A stretch of DNA of 64,000 nucleotides from Alloprevotella sp. GTDB lineage: Bacteria > Bacteroidota > Bacteroidia > Bacteroidales > Bacteroidaceae. The notes beneath the pieces were generated by a model. The model worked only from the letters and a program-made list of their open reading frames with translations, did no database searches and was not told the origin of the DNA. Location of the stretch: positions 9,016-73,015 of the forward strand of contig JBNMKQ010000001.1 in NCBI GenBank assembly GCA_050874425.1. Direction: 5' to 3'. The position numbers and the translations under genes were made by a program. Below are positions 57,401 to 64,000 of the stretch, piece by piece; positions within the stretch are counted from its first letter, which is position 1; each line of letters opens with the position of its first letter.

Positions 57401-58913
57401 GCTGATCTTTGATTTGAAAAATGTTAACCCCAAGGCTCAGATTAGCGTAAAGTTAGTAGCAGAGAGTGGAGTAGGGACGATTGCAGCTGGTGTGGCAAAA
57501 GCAAAGGCAGACTTGATTGTTATTTCAGGTGCTGAAGGCGGTACGGGAGCTTCGCCTGCTTCTTCTATGCGCTATGCAGGTATCTCGCCCGAAATAGGTT
57601 TGTCAGAAACGCAACAAACGTTAGTGTTGAATGGTCTTCGTGGTCAGGTGCGTTTGCAGACGGATGGTCAGATAAAAACGGGTCGTGACGTTATTTCAAT
57701 GGCGTTGCTTGGAGCCGAGGAATTTGGTTTTGGCACGACCGTGCTGATTGTCTTAGGTTGTGTAATGATGCGTAAGTGTCACGCTAACACTTGTCCTGTT
57801 GGTGTAGCTACACAAAATCCTGAGTTGCGTGAGCATTTCCGTGGTCATTACGAATACGTTGTAAACTATTTCCGCTTCTTGGCACAAGAGGTGCGCGAAT
57901 ATTTAGCAGCAATGGGCTTCCGCCACTTTAGCGATATTGTAGGCCGTACTGACCTTATAACGCTTCGTGAAGCAGAGACTGGTTCGAAGGCTGCTACGCT
58001 CGATTTCAGTCGATTGCTCCACCGCGTCGATAACGATGCTGCGCTCCATCATGTAATTGCACAACACCATGATATTGATAGCGTAATGGATCAGTCTATA
58101 TTGAAGGCCGCCTCGCAAGCTATCGAAAGTCAGAAAGACGTATCACTTGAGTACGCGATAGGCAATACGGATCGCTCTGTCGGTGCGATGCTTTCAGGTG
58201 CAGTGGCTGCTAAATATGGTCAGAATAGTTTGCCTGACGAGACGATAAATATCAAGTTTAAAGGTTCTGCAGGTCAAAGCTTTGGTGCTTTCCTTACTAA
58301 GGGAATTAGTTTTAAACTTGAGGGTGAAGCCAATGACTATCTGGGCAAGGCCTTGAGCGGTGGCCGCATATCGGTTATGCCTCCAGTTCGTTCGAGCTTT
58401 AACGCCGAAGACAATACTATTGCTGGCAATACATTGCTCTATGGTGCTACGAGTGGTGAGGTTTATATTAATGGTAAGGTAGGCGAACGCTTTGCTGTGC
58501 GTAATTCGGGTGCAGTAGCTGTAGTTGAAGGCGTTGGCGACCACTGTTGTGAATATATGACAGGAGGCCGCGTTGTCGTGCTCGGCGAGACTGGACGTAA
58601 CTTCGCAGCTGGTATGAGTGGCGGTGTAGCTTACGTTTGGGATAAGCATCATAACTTTGACTACTTCTGTAACATGGAGATGGTTGAGCTTTCGTTGATA
58701 GAAGACTCCGCATCGCGAAAGGAACTGCACGAACTCATTCGCCAGCATTATCTCTATACGGGTTCACAGTTGGCACGTACTATGCTCGATGATTGGAGCC
58801 ATTATGTTGATGACTTCATTCAAGTAACTCCTATTGAGTACAAGCGAGTATTGGCCGAGGAACAAATGCGCAAGTTACAGCAGAAGATAGCTGAGGTTCA
58901 GCGTGATTATTAG
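54420..58913 (+). CDS. gltB: Glutamate synthase large subunit (start at MQISNR; the ORF track begins at 54351)
   Basis: EHDA-CGVG amidotransferase Cys, HSRFSTNTFP, MEPWDGPA, GAMSFGA, KVAQGAKPGEGGQLPG, 3Fe-4S motif GCVMMRKCHANTCPVG, GCEYMTGG-like CCEYMTGG. Confidence 0.97.
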   Translation: MQISNRLNEGLYRSENEHDACGVGMIVNIHGNKSHELVDAALKVLENMKHRGAEGADNKTGDGAGIMLQIPHEFILLQGIPVPEKGYYGTGLLFLPKDEASQGDILRVFIEEVEREGLTLMHLRAVPTNSDILGKDALSTEPAVKQVFITGGDAESLERKLYLIRKRVEKRITDKDFYVCSLSSKNIVYKGMLSSTQLREYYPDLTQPYFTSGLAIVHSRFSTNTFPTWGLAQPFRLLAHNGEINTIRGNRAWMAARESVLSTEVLGDISQLRPIIQPGMSDSASLDNVLEFLVMSGLTLPHAMAMLVPESFNDKNPISEDLKAFYEYHSILMEPWDGPAALLFSDGRYAGGMLDRNGLRPARYLITKNDTMVVASEAGVINFEATDIKEKGRLQPGKILLIDTQEAKVYYDGELKEQLAKAYPYRQWLSTNRIELDALKSGRKVENSVEDFDVRLRAFGYTREDIERTITPMATNGSEPIASMGNDTPLAVLSERPQSLFSYFRQQFAQVTNPAIDPIREELVMSLTEYVGAVGMNILSPNESHCKMVRLPQPILTNRQLDILCNIRYKGFNTVKLPMTFESAKGTQGLKDALDNLCHMAEQSVNDGINYIILSDRGVDESHAAIPSLLAVSAVHQYLISVQKRMETALVVESGEAREVMHAALLIGYGASAINPYMAFAVLDDLVKRGEVQMNYETAEKNYIKAICKGLYKVLSKMGISTLRSYRGARIFEAIGLSDDLLRSYFGTDASTIGGVHLDQIARDYVKFHDEGYAPCYEDRELEGLLPYAGLFSYRKDGEQHAWNPETISTLQLATRLGSYKKFKEFTQLVDQKSKPIFLRDFFEFKQNPIPVDDVESVDDIVKHFVTGAMSFGAISKEAHEALALAMNKLGTRSNTGEGGEDSERFHETFDGISLCSKTKQIASGRFGVTTEYLVNAEEIQIKVAQGAKPGEGGQLPGYKVNQIIAKTRHSIPGISLISPPPHHDIYSIEDLAQLIFDLKNVNPKAQISVKLVAESGVGTIAAGVAKAKADLIVISGAEGGTGASPASSMRYAGISPEIGLSETQQTLVLNGLRGQVRLQTDGQIKTGRDVISMALLGAEEFGFGTTVLIVLGCVMMRKCHANTCPVGVATQNPELREHFRGHYEYVVNYFRFLAQEVREYLAAMGFRHFSDIVGRTDLITLREAETGSKAATLDFSRLLHRVDNDAALHHVIAQHHDIDSVMDQSILKAASQAIESQKDVSLEYAIGNTDRSVGAMLSGAVAAKYGQNSLPDETINIKFKGSAGQSFGAFLTKGISFKLEGEANDYLGKALSGGRISVMPPVRSSFNAEDNTIAGNTLLYGATSGEVYINGKVGERFAVRNSGAVAVVEGVGDHCCEYMTGGRVVVLGETGRNFAAGMSGGVAYVWDKHHNFDYFCNMEMVELSLIEDSASRKELHELIRQHYLYTGSQLARTMLDDWSHYVDDFIQVTPIEYKRVLAEEQMRKLQQKIAEVQRDY

Positions 58914-59003
58914 TCGTTCAGTAAGTTAAGACACTTACCAAACGCCTCAGTATTCTTACTAAAAAATTAAAACATAATAACTCATTAATTCATAACGAGA
59001 ATT

Positions 59004-60350
59004 ATGGGAAATCCTAAAGCTTTTCTATCTGTTCCTCGTCAAGAGGCTGGCTATCGTCCCATTCACGAACGTGTGGCAGACTTTGGCGAAGTGGAACAAA
59101 CTCTCAATACAAGTGATCGCCGATTGCAAGCATCGCGTTGCATGGATTGTGGCGTGCCTTTCTGTCATTGGGCATGCCCGTTAGGCAATCGCCCCCCTGA
59201 ATTTCAAGATGCCATTTACAAGGGCGAATGGCAAATGGCTTATGATATATTAACTGCGACCAATGACTTCCCTGAGTTTACGGGACGTATTTGTCCTGCA
59301 TTGTGTGAAAAGGGTTGCGTGCTGAAGCTCTCAATGAATGCACCTGTAACGATTCGTGAGGACGAATGCTCTGTGATTGAAGCCGCCTTCCGTGAGGGGT
59401 ATATTAAGCCGCAAACGTTTGCACGTAATGGTAAGAAGGTGGCAGTCATAGGTTCAGGACCTGCAGGACTTGCGGCAGCTAATCAGCTAAATCATCGTGG
59501 ATACGAAGTTACGGTGTATGAACAACATGAGTACGTCGGTGGCTTGTTGCGTTTTGGCATTCCTAACTTTAAGTTGCAAAAGACGGTGATTGATCGCCGC
59601 GTTAAAATTATGGAGGCTGAAGGAATTACCTTTAAGGTAAATACTCCCGTAGATGTAACTCAACTGCCCGAAGGATATGATGCCTATTGTATTTGTACTG
59701 GCACACCTCAAGCTCGCGATTTAAATGTTCCAGGACGCGAACTCAAGGGAGTACATTTTGCTTTGGAACTATTATCGCAACAAAATCGAGTGCTTGCTGG
59801 TCAAACATTCTCAGACGAAGAACGTGTAACGGCTAAAGGGAAACGTGTGTTGGTGATTGGTGGTGGCGATACTGGTAGTGATTGTATAGGTACTTCTAAT
59901 CGTCAAGGGGCAGTAAGTGTTACGCAGATTGAAATTATGCCTAAGCCCCCCGTTGGACACAATCCTAACACACCATGGCCACAGTGGCCAGTGGTGCTTA
60001 AAACGTCTTCAAGCCATGAAGAGGGCTGCGAACGTCGTTGGTTACTAACGACCAACAAATTTATTGGAACGGAAGACGGACATGTCTGTGGTGCTGAGGT
60101 AGAGGAAGTAGAATGGCAACCTAACCCAGAAGGTGGACGCCCCCTTATGGTACCAACAGGCAAGAAGGAAGTGATTGAATGTGACATCGTATTTTTGGCA
60201 ATGGGTTTCCTTCGTCCTCAACAGCCAGCATTTGCATCAAATGTGTTTGTAGCAGGTGATGCAGCAACGGGTGCAAGTTTGGTTGTTCGCTGCATAGCGG
60301 GAGGACGAAAGGCCGCCAAGCAAGTAGATGAGTATTTGAGCCGTAAGTAA
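59004..60350 (+). CDS. gltD: Glutamate synthase small subunit
   Basis: SRCMDCGVPFCHWACP, FTGRICPALCE, IGSGPAGLAAA, IGGGDTGSDC, VAGDA. Confidence 0.96.
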   Translation: MGNPKAFLSVPRQEAGYRPIHERVADFGEVEQTLNTSDRRLQASRCMDCGVPFCHWACPLGNRPPEFQDAIYKGEWQMAYDILTATNDFPEFTGRICPALCEKGCVLKLSMNAPVTIREDECSVIEAAFREGYIKPQTFARNGKKVAVIGSGPAGLAAANQLNHRGYEVTVYEQHEYVGGLLRFGIPNFKLQKTVIDRRVKIMEAEGITFKVNTPVDVTQLPEGYDAYCICTGTPQARDLNVPGRELKGVHFALELLSQQNRVLAGQTFSDEERVTAKGKRVLVIGGGDTGSDCIGTSNRQGAVSVTQIEIMPKPPVGHNPNTPWPQWPVVLKTSSSHEEGCERRWLLTTNKFIGTEDGHVCGAEVEEVEWQPNPEGGRPLMVPTGKKEVIECDIVFLAMGFLRPQQPAFASNVFVAGDAATGASLVVRCIAGGRKAAKQVDEYLSRK

Positions 60351-60432
60351 GAGATTGTACAAGAAGTAGCTAAACATGGATTGGATTGCTAAACAAAGCA
60401 AGGTTCAATAGTAATTCGTATTTTGTTAATGT

Positions 60433-60478
60433 AACTAAAGTTTCCTACCCCCATTATTTAGGGGTAGGAAACTTAGTT
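60433..60478. repeat. Palindrome of the same family as 7475-7520
   Basis: AACTAAAGTTTCCTACCCC ... GGGGTAGGAAACTTAGTT. The left arm matches the 7475 copy at 18 of 19 positions. Confidence 0.8.
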
Positions 60479-60487
60479 TGTTGAAAC

Positions 60488-60914
60488 TTAGCCCAACTTT
60501 TTATCCAAAAGGTTAGCCTTCTTGTATAGATATAGAAGGGTATATCTGTGTCCTTTAAGGAGTTTCTTGTCTGTTTGCTCCGCCTTACGAGTATTATCGC
60601 TACCTGAATCCGTTTTCTTCACTGGCTTCTCTCCTTGCACATCTTCACCACTCAATTCCTTTTGATTAGGGCGACCTTGCACCTGTACTTCTATCACTTT
60701 ACGACGAGTATATTTGTACCACTTTGAGAAAATGTTGTAAGGCACATTGTTGTTCAAACAAAACGTCTGAAGAGACGTTCCATGAGGTAGCGCTTCCGTT
60801 TATAACGAAAATAGAAACGCTCTAAATCTTCATTACTATACATCATACTATCGGTTTAAAATTCCGACAACAAATGCAATGACTTCAGAGGTAAGCCTTT
60901 TTTTGACTGTTTAC
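60488..60914 (-). mobile_element. Degenerate IS66-family remnant (frameshifted tnpA-like ORF1; possible left end GTAAAC at 60914)
   Basis: From ATG at 60846/60843 the frame reads MYSNEDLERFYFRYK. A 1-nt shift near 60800 gives TEALPHGTSLQTFCLNNNVPYNIFSKWYKYTRRKVIEVQVQGRP, matching the recalled Bacteroidales IS66 ORF1 pattern. No tnpB or tnpC follows. Confidence 0.7.
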
Positions 60915-60937
60915 ATTTTAGCAAGATAATCTTCCTA

Positions 60938-61828
60938 TTATTCCTCCTCCTCTTCAATACATAGGTGTTTCAAGTCGTACATCGACCCATTATATATATT
61001 CAAGTCCACCTTTTCTTTTATTCCATCAATCTTGCCACAGTCCGTGTGCTGCCAAAAGCGCCATTTTCCTTGATAAGCAAGCGAACGAACATAGTAATGA
61101 GCTATCCAATAAGGGTAACGATCGAAGTCAGGTGTATTAAGATAGTCTTTTTTAAACTTATAGTTCGTATAGATTATTGGCGGCACACCGTAGCGCGCTT
61201 CAACCATTTTCAGCCATTTAAGTGACACCCTACGTAGCTGCTCTATCGTAAGCGTCCCCTTCTCTTCGATATCAAGCACCGGTGGCAAATCGCCGTCTTC
61301 TAAATGAACCTGTTTCAAAAAGAACTTTGCTTGGCTTTCAGCACTAATGTTAGGCTTAAAATAGTGATAAGCACCTCGCAAAAAACCATTTTCGCGAGCT
61401 TGATAAAAGTTTTCATTATAGTTCTCATCAATATGGTTCTGTCCCTCAGTAGCCTTGATAAAGACAAAACTAATAGGTTCGCCATTTACTTCAGCATTCT
61501 TCACCTTACGCCAATCTATCTCACCTTGATGATGACTAACATCAATACCATGAATAGAGTATCCATCAGGGTAGACCTCGTTACCATAAAAAGCTTGCCA
61601 CTTTGAAGTGTAAGGTGCAACGCCATATATGTAAGCAAAGTAACAAACTAACGAAATGACACAAATCAGTCCTAATCGAATGGCCAAAACGCGTAAGTTC
61701 GAAGCGAGCTTGTATATGTCAACAACGCTTCCACTCTTTTTACGACGAGTTCTTGAGCGCCTTGCTCCGCGCCTTGTACTGCCATGATTTGAGTTACGAC
61801 GAGTTGAACTTTTTCGTTGTACGACCAT
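60938..61828 (-). CDS. Membrane-anchored glycoside hydrolase family 25 (lysozyme/muramidase)
   Basis: Basic N-terminal tail and TM helix, HGIDVSHHQG, FIKATEG, RGAYHYF, PPVLDIEE (DxE), WQHTDCG, VDLN. Confidence 0.93.
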   Translation of the reverse strand: MVVQRKSSTRRNSNHGSTRRGARRSRTRRKKSGSVVDIYKLASNLRVLAIRLGLICVISLVCYFAYIYGVAPYTSKWQAFYGNEVYPDGYSIHGIDVSHHQGEIDWRKVKNAEVNGEPISFVFIKATEGQNHIDENYNENFYQARENGFLRGAYHYFKPNISAESQAKFFLKQVHLEDGDLPPVLDIEEKGTLTIEQLRRVSLKWLKMVEARYGVPPIIYTNYKFKKDYLNTPDFDRYPYWIAHYYVRSLAYQGKWRFWQHTDCGKIDGIKEKVDLNIYNGSMYDLKHLCIEEEEE

Positions 61829-61922
61829 TTGTTTACTAAATTGTAAGAGCCCTTCATCGTCAAGTTCCTTAAAAACTCAACTTAAAGTATAGCAAGTCTT
61901 ATTTTTATTTGATTTATAAAAA

Positions 61923-61995
61923 AATGGATTAAGTGATATAGGGAAGGGCAGCAGTTATATAAAGCATGCCCACTTCTGCTATCACTTAACCCATT
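61923..61995 (-). terminator. Long hairpin downstream of pfp
   Basis: AATGGATTAAGTGATA ... TATCACTTAACCCATT. A second hairpin lies near 62012-62048. Confidence 0.55.
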
Positions 61996-62083
61996 ATTAA
62001 TCCTTGTTATATGTATGCCTATCGTCTGTAAACAAACGATAAGCATACCATAATATGATTATATTCTCTTTTACCTAACAAGA

Positions 62084-63724
62084 TTATTTGCCTTGTTCCA
62101 AAGCAAGTGTCTTTGTGCACTGGTCACACACTTCAGTTGGACCCCAATACTGGATAGGACCAGGATAAACGAAGCAAGTGTTTTCAGCCCATTCAGCACG
62201 GTGTTCAGCAAACTTCTTAAAGGGAGCACCATCCAAACGAACAAGTGCCTTCTTAATTACCGGCTTCATCTTACCATTACGACGCTCCATGTTCATCATC
62301 ATCGTGATAGGCACACCACCAGCGATCCACTGTTCTGCAGGAGCAGTCGTATTCTTAACGATAGCCATGTAGCCAGTCTTGCCATTAGCAACCAACTGTG
62401 CAGCACTTGTACCCACGGCATAGCAGTAGTCAGCATCGTAGTTAGAAGGAGCAGCACAACGACCTTCGTAGCCGAAGAAGTGGTGCTGAGCAGCAAACTT
62501 ACCTACAAACTTGCCTTCCTTCTTCCAAGCGGCAAGCTTAGTAGCTACCATTTCAGAGAGCAACTTCTCAGTTTCAATGAGTGACACCTGTACGTTTCCG
62601 TGGGGGTCACGCTCCATAGTAAGCTGCTTAGCAACACCTTCGGGCAAGCTTTCGTAGATAGCAGCATTCTCCTTGCTAAGCTTAGAGAGGATCCAAGCGC
62701 GCTGAGCAGCAGCCTCTACTGAAGCAGCCTCAGGAGTAGCGAGCAAGTCATTGAGTTCAGCAATCAATTTCTTCATTGCAGGAATAAACTCAATCAAGCC
62801 CTCAGGGATGAGTACCGTACCAAAATTGTTGCCATTAGCTGCACGCTTAGCAACGATTTCAGCGATGTAAGTTACGATATCGTCAAGCGTCTGATTCTTC
62901 TCTTCAACCTCTTCGCTTACGATGCAAACGTTAGGCTGGCACTGAAGAGCGCATTCCAAAGCGATGTGACTTGCTGAGCGACCCATCAACTTAATGAAGT
63001 GCCAATACTTGCGCGCAGAGTTAGCATCACGTTGAATGTTGCCGATCACTTCAGCGTAAGTCTTACAAGCTGTATCGAAGCCGAATGAAGTCTCGATTTG
63101 ATCGTTCTTCAAGTCACCATCGATTGTCTTAGGACAACCAATTACTTGTACGCCATAATTCTTAGCAGCGTAGTACTCAGCGAGCACACAAGCATTCGTA
63201 TTAGAGTCATCACCACCGATGATAACAATAGCCTTAATGCCCAATTCGCGAATAATCTTCAAGCCGCTTTCAAATTGGTCTACTTCCTCCAACTTTGTAC
63301 GTCCTGAGCCGATCATGTCGAAACCACCCGTATTGCGGTATTCGTCAATAATTGCGTCAGTAAGTTCAATGTACTTATGGTCAACCAAGCCACCAGGGCC
63401 CATCAAGAAGCCATAAAGTTTGTTGTCAGCGTTTTGCTTCTTCAGTTCGTCATAAAGGCCGCAGATTACGTTGTGACCACCAGGAGCCTGACCACCTGAA
63501 AGGATGATACCAATGTTCATCGGAGCGTATTCCTTCTTTTCGTCAGTAGGAACGAACTCAACTAAAGGCATACCATATGTATTAGGGAAGAGTTGCTTGA
63601 TTTCTTCCTGGTCGCCCACGCTCTGAGTGGGTTCACCTTCTTTGATGCTCACATTGCCACGCAAGCCAGCAGGTAATTTAGGCTGGTAGGCAGCGCGTGC
63701 AATCTGTAATGCGCTTTTTTCCAT
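62084..63724 (-). CDS. pfp: Diphosphate--fructose-6-phosphate 1-phosphotransferase (PPi-dependent PFK, long clade)
   Basis: [57 protein letters not shown] box lies at 63823-63830 (minus). Confidence 0.96.
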   Translation of the reverse strand: MEKSALQIARAAYQPKLPAGLRGNVSIKEGEPTQSVGDQEEIKQLFPNTYGMPLVEFVPTDEKKEYAPMNIGIILSGGQAPGGHNVICGLYDELKKQNADNKLYGFLMGPGGLVDHKYIELTDAIIDEYRNTGGFDMIGSGRTKLEEVDQFESGLKIIRELGIKAIVIIGGDDSNTNACVLAEYYAAKNYGVQVIGCPKTIDGDLKNDQIETSFGFDTACKTYAEVIGNIQRDANSARKYWHFIKLMGRSASHIALECALQCQPNVCIVSEEVEEKNQTLDDIVTYIAEIVAKRAANGNNFGTVLIPEGLIEFIPAMKKLIAELNDLLATPEAASVEAAAQRAWILSKLSKENAAIYESLPEGVAKQLTMERDPHGNVQVSLIETEKLLSEMVATKLAAWKKEGKFVGKFAAQHHFFGYEGRCAAPSNYDADYCYAVGTSAAQLVANGKTGYMAIVKNTTAPAEQWIAGGVPITMMMNMERRNGKMKPVIKKALVRLDGAPFKKFAEHRAEWAENTCFVYPGPIQYWGPTEVCDQCTKTLALEQGK

Positions 63725-63880
63725 AAAAATGTGTGAATATTAATAGGTTTTATTCTTTTTTGATTACATTGCAAAAGCATAGGCCACATTTGTGTAGTAT
63801 ATGTCCTTTACTTTTCCACTTGCAAAGGTAGTAATTATTTGTAGTCCTTACAAATTTAGTTATAGCTTTTTAGTCTACAA

Positions 63881-63930
63881 AGTTAACGGGTAAGCTAATC
63901 TTTTGTAAAGGAATAACTTACCCGTCAACT
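63881..63930 (-). terminator. Hairpin downstream of the partial gene at the window end
   Basis: AGTTAACGGGTAAG ... CTTACCCGTCAACT, 14-bp arms with one mismatch. Confidence 0.6.
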
Positions 63931-63961
63931 CGTCAATAGTTGTCTGCTTGTCGAGATCAAT

Positions 63962-64000
63962 TTACTTGATAATATCCAATTCTCGGAACACCTTAGCCAA
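63962..64000 (-). CDS. C-terminal 12 residues of an unidentified gene entering from the right
   Basis: Reads ...LAKVFRELDIIK* and is followed by a terminator-like hairpin. Too short to assign. Confidence 0.45.
   Translation of the reverse strand: MAKVFRELDIIK

Noticed and set aside
60938-61828. GH25 as a prophage endolysin
   Set aside because: It has a TM anchor and basic tail typical of chromosomal Bacteroidales GH25, and no holin or phage genes are nearby.
400-63416. Numerous 60-205-aa ORFs overlapping the annotated genes (for example 5811-6428, 20772-21308, 28760-29227, 49255-49821, 58194-58748)
   Set aside because: They are antisense or off-frame shadows of well-supported genes and contain no family motifs.
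63962-64000. Assigning the terminal partial ORF to a family (for example a PLP aminotransferase or RNase III)
   Set aside because: Twelve residues are not enough to support a call.
1-64000. tRNA, rRNA, tmRNA or known riboswitches
   Set aside because: No T-loop/cloverleaf pattern or recognisable riboswitch consensus was seen in the intergenic regions. A tRNAscan-SE and Rfam scan would be needed to exclude them fully.

Overview
Chromosomal window from a Bacteroidales (Prevotellaceae-like) bacterium, judged from gene content, gene order and repeated TAnnTTTG -7 promoter boxes. Most of it is core housekeeping: glnS (partial), recQ, clpX-clpP-tig, hemW, a T9SS plug gene, a GH29 fucosidase, RNase P RNA, RNase E/G, HU, rpiB-tkt, a TolC/MacAB-type exporter with a LytS/LytTR pair, rho, nqrA-F, an AddAB-like helicase-nuclease, gdhA, gltBD, a GH25 muramidase and PPi-PFK. 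The ORF track misses several things. These are rnpB, a 29-aa bS22-like ribosomal protein gene, an internally deleted C10 peptidase still coupled to a small lipoprotein, ISL3 and IS66 remnants, and at least four families of short intergenic repeats or palindromes, one of which is a 90-bp structured element present twice. The most system-like candidate is a two-gene unit at 39.6-43.9 kb. It pairs an LRR protein carrying a T9SS C-terminal signal with a BACON-CBM32-M60 metallopeptidase that has neither a T9SS signal nor a clear lipoprotein anchor. A sharply AT-rich in-frame patch inside addA also stands out. No tRNA, rRNA or CRISPR array was found. All counts and alignments were done by hand and no database searches were run.
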